A stretch of DNA of 43,104 bases from Sulfuritalea sp. (GCA_018333815.1 JAGXSN010000180.1:1-43104); one strand, 5' to 3'. Shown: positions 20,892 to 30,787, counted from the first letter of the stretch. A program made the numbers and translations. The notes: a model not told the origin generated them from the letters alone.

Positions 20892-22987
20892 CGCGCGGAG
20901 CCCATCGCCGGCGCGCCGAGGCCGACGCGGAAACGGCAGTACTCGTTCGCCGTGGTGCCCAGGCGGATGCTGCCGCCCAGGCGCGCGACGACCTCGCGCA
21001 CGGCATCGAGGCCGACGCCGCGGCCGGCGTCGCCGTCCGCCGTGGCGCGCGTGCTCACGCTCGGTTCGAAGATCAGGCCGATGATGCGGCGGGGATCCCA
21101 GGTGGCGGCCTCCTCTGCGCTGAGCCGACCCTTCTCGAGCGCGACCTGGCGGACGTGCTCCACCGAGATGCCGCGCCCATCGTCGCGGAAACTGAGATCG
21201 ACGCCGCCATCCTCGCGTTGCGCGAGATGGATGGTCAGCCGCCCGGTGGCCGGCTTGCCCAGGCGCTTGCGGTCCTCGGCCGGTTCGATGCCATGGACGA
21301 CGGCGTTGCGGATGAACTGATTGACGATGGTGTTGACCGCGTCCTGCAACGCGTCCGGCAGGACGGCGAGGTCAGGCCCGCAGTAGTTGAGTTCGACGGT
21401 ATTGCCGTGGCGGACTGCGATTTCTTGCGCGAAGTCGTTCCAGCGTTGCACGAACGGCTGCTGTGCCGTTGCCGGATCGTGGCCAACGCGATGCGGCTCG
21501 AGCGAAACGGAAACGCGCGCCTGCCCGATTTGCGCGAACACGCTCTCGATGGCATCGAGTTGCTCGTAAATGCTCTTGACCTGAACGGTGACCGGCAGAA
21601 AGTCCTCCCCGGTCAGACTGTGGTTCTCGTGCATGCCGGTGAGCGTCCCTTCGAGGCGCTCGAAGGCGGCCGCCATGTTCTTCAGTCCCAGGGCGGCGGC
21701 ATCGCCCTTCATGCGGTGCGACTGGCGGAACAGCGCATGCACCTTGCTGCCGCGCTCCGTCGCCCCCGTCTCCTGTGCCTGCAACAGGCCGTTGATGGTC
21801 TGCACCCCCTCCCGCGCAGTGCGCAGGAATTGCTGCAGGGCCGCGGGTTCGATCTGCAGAATATCGACCAGCATGCCGACCTGGTCGCGCGCCCGCGCCT
21901 CGGTTTCCTTCAGCGAGCGTTCGAGCAGAATGCGTTGCGTGATGTCGTTCGCCGTCACCAGCAGATGCGTGATCCGGCCGGCTTCCTTGACGCGGTTGAA
22001 GCCGAACTCCAGATAGCGGGTCTCCGGTCTGCCGGTGCCCTGGCCGACGAAGACCTGCACGCAATTCAGCGGATTGAGGTCGGCGACCAGCTTTTCCTTG
22101 ACGTCGTGCTTGAACAGGAGTTCGATATATTCGCGCGTGGTCGCCAGGGTCTTCTCGCTGACCATCGGCTGGAGCAGACTGAAAAAGTCCTTGCCGGAGA
22201 ATTCCGTGGTGCCGAGGATCCTTTCCAGGGCCCGCGAGTACTGCGTGCCGGTCCTGTTTTGCTGATCGAGCAGGAACAGGCCTTCCTGGGTCGTGCGCAG
22301 GATGTCGGCCGTTTCCTTCCGGGCGCGCTCCAGTTCCTGGTCGCTGCGGCGCAAATAGACGGCCAGGTAAAAAAGGATCGCAAAGAAATTGACCGCGGCG
22401 AGGGAAAGCGCGCCAATCTTGGCCATCCCGAGCGTGGCCGCCCGCTCGGAGGCGACATCGTCCATCAGCGTGGCCACCTCGACCATTTCCTTGCGCAGGG
22501 GCGGCACGGCGGTCAGGATGACGCGGGCGGGTTCAGCGGCCTCGGCCGGCCCCGGCGCGGCCTTGAGCGCGGCAATTGCCGCCGCGACGGGAGACCAGGC
22601 GGTTTGCGCGGTGCGCAGGATTTCCTGGGCGCGAGGAATGGCGAGCGCCTCGACATGGACCTCGATGTCCCGTTTACCGACGGTTGTGCCACCCGTGGAG
22701 AAGACCTCCAGGGTGCGGCCGAAATGGGTTGCCGAGCGGTCGAGCTGGCGGATGCGATCTTCGCGCTGCTTGTCGGTCAACGCGCCGCCGTGCAGCAGCA
22801 GCGTCGAGTCTTGGATGACCTGCAGATGCACCGCGAACTGCCGCGAGGCGAGCCGCTCGTAGACCGCATCGGCACGGAGTTGCGCGGAAATGTTCCGATC
22901 CAGAGCGAACAAGCCGACCTGCAAGAGCAAAAACAGCCCGATGGCCAAAGCCAGCGCACGATACCTGCCAAATCCGAAACGAGTCAC
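20888..22987 (-). CDS. Membrane-bound CheA-like histidine kinase (periplasmic sensor, PAS-like, Hpt, HATPase; no CheW domain)
   Basis: Two TM helices, Hpt FRQSHRMKGDA, CheA-type RNAVVHGIE..GK...G, DDGRG, GRGVGLD. Confidence 0.85.
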   Translation of the reverse strand: MTRFGFGRYRALALAIGLFLLLQVGLFALDRNISAQLRADAVYERLASRQFAVHLQVIQDSTLLLHGGALTDKQREDRIRQLDRSATHFGRTLEVFSTGGTTVGKRDIEVHVEALAIPRAQEILRTAQTAWSPVAAAIAALKAAPGPAEAAEPARVILTAVPPLRKEMVEVATLMDDVASERAATLGMAKIGALSLAAVNFFAILFYLAVYLRRSDQELERARKETADILRTTQEGLFLLDQQNRTGTQYSRALERILGTTEFSGKDFFSLLQPMVSEKTLATTREYIELLFKHDVKEKLVADLNPLNCVQVFVGQGTGRPETRYLEFGFNRVKEAGRITHLLVTANDITQRILLERSLKETEARARDQVGMLVDILQIEPAALQQFLRTAREGVQTINGLLQAQETGATERGSKVHALFRQSHRMKGDAAALGLKNMAAAFERLEGTLTGMHENHSLTGEDFLPVTVQVKSIYEQLDAIESVFAQIGQARVSVSLEPHRVGHDPATAQQPFVQRWNDFAQEIAVRHGNTVELNYCGPDLAVLPDALQDAVNTIVNQFIRNAVVHGIEPAEDRKRLGKPATGRLTIHLAQREDGGVDLSFRDDGRGISVEHVRQVALEKGRLSAEEAATWDPRRIIGLIFEPSVSTRATADGDAGRGVGLDAVREVVARLGGSIRLGTTANEYCRFRVGLGAPAMGSAR

Positions 22988-23064
22988 GGCCGAGCACCTC
23001 CCGCGTTATGGAAGCGTTGATCTGAGATAATGCGACATCAATGCTGGAAACTGGATGAGGACTC

Positions 23065-24069
23065 GTGAGTATACCCCTACGCCCGGCCGTTTTCATCATT
23101 CCGGACTTTCGCAATCAAGGCGTCTGGTTGCGCGCCTTGCTGGCCGCGAACCTCCTGATGCTCGTCGTTGCGCTGATTGGCCACCGGTCGATCGACCGGC
23201 TGCCGGGTGAGATCGTCGAGCTCGCCGCCCGGGTCGAGCCGGCGCTGGTCCTGACCCTGATGCTGCTTTACGGACTCGCGCCCTGGCTGAAAAGCCAGCC
23301 CGCCTGGCGCTCCGCCCTGCTGGTCGTGGTGCTGGCGATGCTGGCGATGCTCGGGATGGAAGCGTTGCTGGCGCGACTGCTGGGCGGCGAGACGGGCTGG
23401 CGCGCCCCGCTGGCGGCAGGGGCGAGTGCCGCGCTGCTGCTCGGCTGGTTCGATCTGCGCGCGCGTGCGCTGGCCCCGGCGCTGGCCGAGGCGCGGCTGG
23501 CCGCGCTGACGGCGCGCATCCGGCCGCATTTTTTTTTCAACAGCCTGAACGCCGTGCTCGGGGTGATGCGCGACGACCCGCGTCGCGCGGAACTCGCCCT
23601 GGAGGAACTTAGCGAACTGTTCCGCGCGCTGATGCGCGACAATCGCAAGTTCGTGCCGCTGTCCGAGGAACTCGCCCTGGCGCGCAAGTATCTCGACATC
23701 GAGAAGCTGCGTCTGGGCGAACGCCTGCAGGTGCGCTGGGAGGTCGCCGACTGTCCCGCGGACCTGATCGTCTTGCCCCTGTTGCTGCAGCCGCTGCTGG
23801 AGAATGCCGTTTATCACGGCATCGAACCGGGCCGGGAAAAGGGCGAGATTCGCGTCCATATCGCGGCGGAGCGCGACGGCGTGCATATCGAGATCGACAA
23901 TCCGGTTTCGCCGGCGCAGGAGCCCCATCGCAGCGGCAATCGCATGGCGCTGGCCAACCTGCGCGAGCGCCTGATGCTCTTTTACGACCTCGAGGCGCGT
24001 CTGGAATACGGCGAGCGCGCCGGGCGCTATCGCGTCTGCATCGACCTGCCGAAGCGGAGCGCGCGATGA
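23065..24069 (+). CDS. LytS-type sensor histidine kinase (AlgZ/FimS-like)
   Basis: ARIRPHFFFNSLN, LQPLLENAVYHG, MALANLRERL; near argH. Confidence 0.92.
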   Translation: MSIPLRPAVFIIPDFRNQGVWLRALLAANLLMLVVALIGHRSIDRLPGEIVELAARVEPALVLTLMLLYGLAPWLKSQPAWRSALLVVVLAMLAMLGMEALLARLLGGETGWRAPLAAGASAALLLGWFDLRARALAPALAEARLAALTARIRPHFFFNSLNAVLGVMRDDPRRAELALEELSELFRALMRDNRKFVPLSEELALARKYLDIEKLRLGERLQVRWEVADCPADLIVLPLLLQPLLENAVYHGIEPGREKGEIRVHIAAERDGVHIEIDNPVSPAQEPHRSGNRMALANLRERLMLFYDLEARLEYGERAGRYRVCIDLPKRSAR

Positions 24070-24827
24070 GCGTGCCGCGCCTCCTGATCGTCGACGACGA
24101 GGCGCCGGCGCGCGCGCGCTTGCGCCACATGCTCGCCGACAGTGCCGCAGCGTTTCCGCACCGGATCGTCGGCGAGGCGGCCGACGGCATCGCGGCGCTC
24201 GAGATGCTGGCGGCGCAGCCGGCCGATATCGCATTGATCGACATCCGCATGCCGCGCATGGACGGCATCGAGCTGGTGCAGCAGCTTGCCGGCCAGCCGC
24301 AAGCTCCGGCGGTCGTCTTCGTCACGGCCTACGACGAATTCGCCCTCAAGGCCTTCGAACTTGCTGCGGCCGACTACCTGCTCAAGCCGGTGCGCGCCGC
24401 CCGCCTGCTCGATGCGCTGATGAAGGCGCGGCGCCTGACGCCCGGCGCGGCGCCGCTCAAGGCGCTTGCGCCGGCGCCGCGCACGCGGCTGCGCGTGTGC
24501 GAGCGCGGCCGGGTGATCCTGCTGCCGGTCGAGGAAATCCTTTACCTGCGCGCCGGGCAGAAATACGTTACCGCCCGCACGGCGCAACGCGAATACCTGA
24601 TCGAGGAGTCCCTCACCCATCTGGAAACGGAGTTCGCCGCCCGCTTCGTGCGCATCCATCGCAACTGCCTGGTGGCGCCGGATGCAGTGGCCGGCGTGGT
24701 GCGCGCAGCGGACAGGGAGAGCGCGGGCGGGGAACTTCACTGGGCGCTCTGCCTCAAGGCCGTGCCGGAGCGCCTGGCGGTGAGCCGGCGCCTATGGCCC
24801 CAGGCCAAGGCACAACTGGGCCTGTAG
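24066..24827 (+). CDS. LytTR response regulator (AlgR-like)
   Basis: VDDE, DIRMP, YLLKP, FVRIHRNCLV, VSRR. Confidence 0.93.
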   Translation: MSVPRLLIVDDEAPARARLRHMLADSAAAFPHRIVGEAADGIAALEMLAAQPADIALIDIRMPRMDGIELVQQLAGQPQAPAVVFVTAYDEFALKAFELAAADYLLKPVRAARLLDALMKARRLTPGAAPLKALAPAPRTRLRVCERGRVILLPVEEILYLRAGQKYVTARTAQREYLIEESLTHLETEFAARFVRIHRNCLVAPDAVAGVVRAADRESAGGELHWALCLKAVPERLAVSRRLWPQAKAQLGL

Positions 24828-24829
24828 CA

Positions 24830-24851
24830 ATGTCGGCGCCGGCGGGACGGC
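24830..24851 (+). repeat. 22-bp dispersed motif, copy 5 (just after the algR-like stop)
   Basis: ATGTCGGCGCCGGCGGGACGGC. Confidence 0.85.
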
Positions 24852-24854
24852 GGA

Positions 24855-24934
24855 ATGAGGCCACCCCGCAATCGCCGCTGCGCGGCGATCTCCCCTCAAG
24901 GGGCAGAAACACTCGGGGCGGCCCTTCGTGTTTC
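24855..24934 (+). repeat. ~80-bp multi-hairpin junction element, copy B
   Basis: ATGAGGCCACCCCG..ATCGCCGC-TGC-GCGGCGAT..CCCCTCAAGGGG..GAAACAC..GGGGCGGCCC..GTGTTTC. Confidence 0.85.
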
Positions 24935-24967
24935 ATAAGCCAAAAAGCGCATGGCGATGGCGTCGGG

Positions 24968-25001
24968 GCGTCATCGCGCAGTCACTGGGAGCCGCTAGAG
25001 T
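24968..25001 (+). promoter_or_regulatory. Pho box (PhoB site) and -10 element
   Basis: GCGTCAT-CGCG-CAGTCAC (11-bp repeat period) with TAGAGT 10 nt downstream, upstream of a phosphatase gene. Confidence 0.7.
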
Positions 25002-25056
25002 GGTCGCTCGGGAAGGCGGCCGGCTTTCCCGCTTCCAACTCAAGGAGAATGAAATC

Positions 25057-26739
25057 ATGCGTATCCATTCCGTGCTCGCCGGTGCGTTGCTCGCCGCCGG
25101 TCTGCTGACGGTCGGCGCGGCTCAGGCGCGCGGCGGCGATGTCGGCAACGTGATCTTTCTGCATCCCGACGGTACCGGGCTCAACCACTGGACCGCTGCG
25201 CGCATCTACTGGAAAGGCCCCGACGGGTCGCTCAACTGGGATCGTCTGCCCCAGATGGCGGCTTACCGCGGCCACATGCTCGAAACGCTCACCGGCACCT
25301 CGAACGGCGGTGCGACGGTGCATGCCTTCGGTTACAAGGTCGAAGGGCTGGGCTCTTTCGGCAAAGACGGCAACGGCAACGCCATTCCGCCGACCGACCG
25401 TTTCATCAACGCCTTGTCCGGCTATCCGGGCAGCATTTTGCGCGAGGCGGCCAACCAGGGATATCCCACCGGATTGGTCAATGACGGCAATGTCGGAGAA
25501 CCGGGTACGGGTGCGTTTGCCGCGGAAGTGGGCAATCGCGACAACTGGAACGCGATCGCGCTGCAGATCATTGCCGGTCGCGACGGCGCGCTGCCGGCGA
25601 AGAATTCGACCGACAAGGCGCCGGTCGTCATTCTCGGCGGCGGCGAACGCAACTTCCTGCCGACGGGCACGCCGGCCTGTGCGCCGCAAAGCGCCGGCGC
25701 GGCGCTTCAGCAGGGCGTCGCTACCTACCCGCTCGACTGCATGGTGCATACGCTCGACTGGAGCAAGCCCGGCGGTACTGCCGGCCCGCTCGGCATCGGT
25801 CGCGTGGCCACGCCAGACCGCACCGACGGCCGCAACCTGCTGGCCGAAGCCGCCGACGCCGGCTATCTCGTGATCCGCACGCGCGCCGAATTCGAGACGG
25901 CGGTCAAGCGCCTCGAGAGCGATCGTCGCTGGCAACCCAAGATCCTCGGTTTGTTCGCCGCGCACCACACGTTTAACGACCGCAACGAGGAAGAGCTGAG
26001 CGCCAGCGGCTTCCGTGACGCGAGCATCGAGGTCAATGACAAAAGCTCGAATCTGGTGTTGTTCGGCAATCCCGCCGGCGCCGATCCTGGTTTTAATCCG
26101 CCGCGCGGCGACGAAATGATGTCGCTGGCCATGATCGTTCTTGCGCGCGCCGGCGAGGCCGTCCGCAAGCCTTACTTCCTGGTGGCCGAACCCGAGAGCA
26201 ACGACAATTTCGGCAACAACAACAATGCGATCGGTATGCTGCTGGCCATGAAGGTGGCCGACGACATGCTCGGGGTGGCTCTGGGGGCGCAGAACGATCG
26301 GCGCGCCGGCCGCCACGGTTCGCGTTTCCCCATCACCGTCTTGACGGCTGCCGACAGCGACGCCAGCGGCATGCAACTGGTCGCGCGACCGGCTGGCAAC
26401 GCAGGTACCGTGAACCTCAATCCCGCCGCCGGGCAGTCGGCTGCGAACAATCCGGTTGACGGTTTGTATGGGCGCGGCACCCAGTTGTTCGCGGCCGCGC
26501 CGGATCAGTTCGGCAACGTGCATCACTTCGGCATTGCCTGGGCCGGCACGCCGGATTTCGCCGGCGGCATCCTGGCGCGCGCCAGCGAGGAACGTTTCAA
26601 GAATCGCGACCACCGCGGCAAGGTGACGCTGGCCGACTTCAGCGAGCGTTTCGACAACACCGACGTGTACCGCTACATGTACGACAAGCTGTTCGGCATC
26701 CTGCTGCCGGCGCCGACCGGCGGGGCGCCGAGCCGCTGA
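25057..26739 (+). CDS. Secreted alkaline phosphatase family protein (atypical metal ligands)
   Basis: AAGGAG RBS, signal peptide, NVIFLHPDG, TSNGGAT, VILGGG, LGLFA, TAAD, DNTDVY. Confidence 0.85.
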   Translation: MRIHSVLAGALLAAGLLTVGAAQARGGDVGNVIFLHPDGTGLNHWTAARIYWKGPDGSLNWDRLPQMAAYRGHMLETLTGTSNGGATVHAFGYKVEGLGSFGKDGNGNAIPPTDRFINALSGYPGSILREAANQGYPTGLVNDGNVGEPGTGAFAAEVGNRDNWNAIALQIIAGRDGALPAKNSTDKAPVVILGGGERNFLPTGTPACAPQSAGAALQQGVATYPLDCMVHTLDWSKPGGTAGPLGIGRVATPDRTDGRNLLAEAADAGYLVIRTRAEFETAVKRLESDRRWQPKILGLFAAHHTFNDRNEEELSASGFRDASIEVNDKSSNLVLFGNPAGADPGFNPPRGDEMMSLAMIVLARAGEAVRKPYFLVAEPESNDNFGNNNNAIGMLLAMKVADDMLGVALGAQNDRRAGRHGSRFPITVLTAADSDASGMQLVARPAGNAGTVNLNPAAGQSAANNPVDGLYGRGTQLFAAAPDQFGNVHHFGIAWAGTPDFAGGILARASEERFKNRDHRGKVTLADFSERFDNTDVYRYMYDKLFGILLPAPTGGAPSR

Positions 26740-26763
26740 TGGCAGGATAACGCCGCTTGTTCC

Positions 26764-26799
26764 GCGTCCCTCGGCCGCACCGGCGCGACCGAGGGACGC
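26764..26799. terminator. Hairpin between convergent genes
   Basis: GCGTCCCTCGG..CCGAGGGACGC, a perfect 11-bp stem. Confidence 0.65.
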
Positions 26800-29034
26800 T
26801 TACTCCGCCTTGACGCAATCGACGTAGTAGCCGTCGCCGTTTTCCTTGACCAGACCGTGGATGTCGGTCTCGAAGCTGGGAAACCGGGCGTTGAACTCGC
26901 GCGCGAACTGGAGGTAGCGCACGATGGTGGCGTTGAAGCGCTCGCCGGGAATCAGCAGCGGAATGCCGGGCGGATAGGGCGTGAGGAGCACGGCCGTGAC
27001 CCGGCCTTCGAGCGCATCGAGCGGTACGCGTTCGATCTCGCGGTGGGCCATCCGGGCGAATGCGTCGGCCGGACGCATGGCCGGCTCCATGTCGGACAGA
27101 TACATTTCGGTGGTGAGGCGCGCCACGTCGCTGGCCTTATAGACCGCGTGAATCTCCCGGCACAGGTCGCGCAGGCCGGTGCGCTCGTAGCGCGGGTGCT
27201 TGGCGACGAACTCGGGCAGCGCCTTCCAGAGCGGCTGGTTCTTGTCGTAGTCATCCTTGAACTGCTGCAAGGCGGTGACCAGGGTATTCCAGCGGCCCTT
27301 GGTGATGCCGATGGTGAACATGATGAAGAAGCTGTAGAGACCGCACTTCTCGACGATGACGCCGTGCTCGGCGAGATATTTCGTCACGATGGCGGCGGGG
27401 ATGCCGATGCCGTCGGAAAATTCGCCATCGACGTCGAGGCCCGGGGTGATGATGGTGGCCTTGATCGGATCGAGCAGGTTGAAACCGCGGGCCAGCTTGC
27501 CGAAGCCGTGCCAGCGCGCGCCGGGCTTGAGCATCCAGGCGTCGCGCTCCTCGATGCCTTCTTCCGAGAGGTCGTCCGGGCCCCAGACCTTGAACCACCA
27601 GTCCGTGCCCCATTCCTCGTCGACCTTGCGCATGGCGCGGCGAAATTCCAGCGCCTCCATGATCGATTCCTCGACGAGCGCCGTGCCGCCGGGTTCTTCC
27701 ATCATCGCCGCCGCGACGTCGCACGAGGCGATGATGGAATACTGCGGCGAGGTGGAAGTGTGCATCAGATAGGCCTCGTTGAAGACGTCGCGGTCGAGCT
27801 TGTGGCCCTCGGCATCCTGCACCAGGATCTGCGAGGCTTGCGAGAGGCCGGCCAGCAGCTTGTGCGTCGACTGCGTGGCGAACACCATCGATTCCTTGCA
27901 GCGCGGCCGGTCGGCGCCGATGGCGTGGTAGTCGCCATAGAACTCGTGGAAGGCGGCGTGCGGCAGCCAGGCCTCGTCGAAGTGCAGGGTATCGATATGG
28001 CCATCGAGTTCGGTCTTGATGTCCTCGACGTTGTAGAGAATGCCGTCATAGGTGCTCTGGGTGATGGTGAGCACCCGCGGCTTGCCCTTCACTTGCGAGG
28101 CGAAGGGATGGGCGGCGATCTTCTTCTGGATGTTCTTCCAGCGGAATTCCTCTTTCGGAATCGGGCCGATGATGCCGTAGTTGTTGCGCGTCGGCATCAG
28201 GAACACCGGGATCGCGCCGGTCATCATGATCGCGTGCAGCACCGACTTGTGGCAGTTGCGGTCGACGATGACGACGTCGCCGGGCGCGACGGTCGAATGC
28301 CAGACGATCTTGTTCGAGGTCGAAGTGCCGTTGGTGACGAAGAACAGGTGGTCGGCGTTGAAGATGCGGGCGGCATTGCGTTCGGAGGCGGCCACCGGGC
28401 CGGTGTGGTCGAGCAGCTGGCCAAGCTCCTCGACGGCGTTGCAGACGTCGGCGCGCAGCATGTTCTCGCCGAAGAACTGATGGAACATCTGGCCGACCGG
28501 CGATTTGAGGAACGCCACGCCGCCTGAATGACCGGGGCAGTGCCAGGAGTAGGAACCGTCGGCGGCGTAATGGGTCAGCGCGCGGAAGAAGGGCGGCGGC
28601 AAGCTGTCCAGATAGCTGCGCGCTTCGCGCACGACATGGCGGGCGATGAATTCCGGCGTGTCCTCGTGCATGTGGATGAAGCCGTGCAGCTCGCGCAGGA
28701 TGTCGTTCGGGATGTGGCGGCTGGTGCGCGTCTCGCCGTGGAGGAAAATCGGGATCTCGGCGTTTTTGTGGCGGATTTCCTCGACGAACGCGCGCAATTC
28801 GGCGATGGTGGCTTCCTCCTCGTGGGCGAGCTCCTCGTCATCGACGGAGAGAACGAAGGCCGAGGCGCGGCTCTGCTGCTGGGCAAACGAGGTCAGGTCG
28901 CCGTAGCTGGTGACGCCCAGCACGTCGATGCCTTCCTTCTCGATGGCGTCGGCCAGGGCGCGAATGCCCAGGCCCGAAGCGTTTTCCGAACGGAAATCCT
29001 CGTCGATGATGATGATGGGAAAGTGAAATCGCAT
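26800..29034 (-). CDS. Orn/Lys/Arg decarboxylase (PLP-dependent, with N-terminal wing domain)
   Basis: WHCPGHSGG, NGTSTSNK, DRNCHKS, FDEAW, QSTHKLL, PYPPGIP. Confidence 0.96.
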   Translation of the reverse strand: MRFHFPIIIIDEDFRSENASGLGIRALADAIEKEGIDVLGVTSYGDLTSFAQQQSRASAFVLSVDDEELAHEEEATIAELRAFVEEIRHKNAEIPIFLHGETRTSRHIPNDILRELHGFIHMHEDTPEFIARHVVREARSYLDSLPPPFFRALTHYAADGSYSWHCPGHSGGVAFLKSPVGQMFHQFFGENMLRADVCNAVEELGQLLDHTGPVAASERNAARIFNADHLFFVTNGTSTSNKIVWHSTVAPGDVVIVDRNCHKSVLHAIMMTGAIPVFLMPTRNNYGIIGPIPKEEFRWKNIQKKIAAHPFASQVKGKPRVLTITQSTYDGILYNVEDIKTELDGHIDTLHFDEAWLPHAAFHEFYGDYHAIGADRPRCKESMVFATQSTHKLLAGLSQASQILVQDAEGHKLDRDVFNEAYLMHTSTSPQYSIIASCDVAAAMMEEPGGTALVEESIMEALEFRRAMRKVDEEWGTDWWFKVWGPDDLSEEGIEERDAWMLKPGARWHGFGKLARGFNLLDPIKATIITPGLDVDGEFSDGIGIPAAIVTKYLAEHGVIVEKCGLYSFFIMFTIGITKGRWNTLVTALQQFKDDYDKNQPLWKALPEFVAKHPRYERTGLRDLCREIHAVYKASDVARLTTEMYLSDMEPAMRPADAFARMAHREIERVPLDALEGRVTAVLLTPYPPGIPLLIPGERFNATIVRYLQFAREFNARFPSFETDIHGLVKENGDGYYVDCVKAE

Positions 29035-29036
29035 GG

Positions 29037-29606
29037 TCAGATCTTCGGCAGGGTGACGCCGATCTGGCCCTGATACTTCCCGCCGCGGTCGCGGTAGGAG
29101 GTTTCGCAAATCTCGTCGGCTTCGAAAAAGATCACCTGGGCGCAGCCCTCGCCGGCATAGATTTTGGCGGGCAGCGGGGTGGTGTTGGAAAACTCGAGGG
29201 TGACGAAACCTTCCCACTCGGGCTCGAAGGGTGTGACATTGACGATGATGCCGCAGCGCGCGTAGGTGCTCTTGCCCAGGCAGACGGTAAGCACGGAACG
29301 CGGGATGCGGAAGTATTCGACCGTGCGGGCGAGCGCGAAGGAGTTGGGCGGAATCACGCAATGCCCCTTGCCGGACACCTCGACGAAGGAATTCGGATCG
29401 AAATTCTTCGGATCGACGATGGTCGAGTTGATGTTGGTGAACACGCGGAATTCGTCGGCGCAGCGGATGTCGTAGCCGTAGCTGGAGGTGCCGTAGGAGA
29501 CGATCTTGCGGCCCTCGATCTCGCGCACCAGCGCGGGCGCGAACGGCTCGATCATGCCGTGCTCCTGGGCCATGCGGCGGATCCATTTGTCCGACTTGAT
29601 GCTCAT
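29037..29606 (-). CDS. dcd: dCTP deaminase
   Basis: [30 protein letters not shown]. Confidence 0.98.
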   Translation of the reverse strand: MSIKSDKWIRRMAQEHGMIEPFAPALVREIEGRKIVSYGTSSYGYDIRCADEFRVFTNINSTIVDPKNFDPNSFVEVSGKGHCVIPPNSFALARTVEYFRIPRSVLTVCLGKSTYARCGIIVNVTPFEPEWEGFVTLEFSNTTPLPAKIYAGEGCAQVIFFEADEICETSYRDRGGKYQGQIGVTLPKI

Positions 29607-29698
29607 CGACCTCTCCCAAAAGACAGCGCCCCAAGCAAGAACGCCCCGACATGGCGGGGCGCTGGCGGGGCGCTGCGATTACACCATGAAAATACGGA

Positions 29699-30787
29699 TC
29701 AAGTGTTCTGCACCACGATGGTCGGAAATTTCGCGGTGTGGTCCTTGGCCATCTCGGCGATCTTGACGCCGATGCGGCGGGCGATGCTCTTGTAGATTTC
29801 CGCCGCCCGGCCGGCGGGTTCGGCCACGACGGAAGGCGATCCGCCATCGACCTGCTCGCGGATGTTGCGGTCCAGCGGCAGGGAACCCAGCAGTTCGGTG
29901 TCGTAGTCCCGGCACATCTTCGCGCCGCCGCCGGAACCGAAGATGTGCTCTTCATGGCCGCACTGCGAGCAGATGTGGATGCTCATGTTCTCGACGATGC
30001 CGAGGATCGGGATGCCGACCTTCTCGAACATCTTGAGCCCCTTCCTCGCATCGAGCAGGGCGATATCCTGCGGGGTGGTGACGATCACCGCGCCGGTGAC
30101 CGGCACCTGCTGCGCCAGCGTGAGCTGGACGTCGCCGGTGCCGGGCGGCAGGTCGACAACCAGATAATCAAGACCCCTCCAATTAGTGTCGCCGAGCAGT
30201 TGGGTGAGCGCCTGGGTGACCATCGGGCCGCGCCAGACCATCGGCGTCTCGGGATCGATGAGGAAACCGATCGACATCGCCTGCAACCCGTGGGCCTGCA
30301 TCGGCTCGAGCTTCTTGCCGTCCGCCGATTCGGGCTGGCGGTCGGGAATGCCGAGCATCTGCGGCTGCGATGGGCCGTAGATGTCCGCGTCCAGGATGCC
30401 CACGGTCGCGCCTTCGGCGGCCAGGGCGAGCGCGAGATTCACCGCCGTCGTGGATTTGCCCACGCCGCCCTTGCCGGAAGCGACGGCGACGATGTTCTTG
30501 ACACCCTGGACCAGCTTCACGCCTTTTTGCACCGAGTGGGCGACGATCTTCTGATAAACGTTGGCCGAGACATTGCCTGCGCCGGCGCCCTGCAGCGCTG
30601 CGACGACGAGTCTTCTGATCGGCTCGATCTGGCTTCTGGCCGGATAGCCCAGCTCGACGTCGACCGAGACATCCGTCCCGCTGACCTGAATGTTCTTGGC
30701 GCTGCGGCTGCTGACAAGATCCTTCCGGGTGTTGGGATCGACGACGGCCCGGAGGGCCTCTTGGGCGGACTGCTCGGTGAAGGGCAT
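29699..30787 (-). CDS. apbC: Fe-S cluster carrier ATPase ApbC/Mrp
   Basis: GKGGVGKS, DADIYGPS, WRGPM, DLPPGTGD, ENMS..CSQC. Confidence 0.96.
   Translation of the reverse strand: MPFTEQSAQEALRAVVDPNTRKDLVSSRSAKNIQVSGTDVSVDVELGYPARSQIEPIRRLVVAALQGAGAGNVSANVYQKIVAHSVQKGVKLVQGVKNIVAVASGKGGVGKSTTAVNLALALAAEGATVGILDADIYGPSQPQMLGIPDRQPESADGKKLEPMQAHGLQAMSIGFLIDPETPMVWRGPMVTQALTQLLGDTNWRGLDYLVVDLPPGTGDVQLTLAQQVPVTGAVIVTTPQDIALLDARKGLKMFEKVGIPILGIVENMSIHICSQCGHEEHIFGSGGGAKMCRDYDTELLGSLPLDRNIREQVDGGSPSVVAEPAGRAAEIYKSIARRIGVKIAEMAKDHTAKFPTIVVQNT

Noticed and set aside
29035-29955. Apparent N-terminal extension or dcd fusion of the decarboxylase
   Set aside because: Alternative frame over dcd and apbC; dcd has its own stop at 29037 and the decarboxylase starts at 29034.
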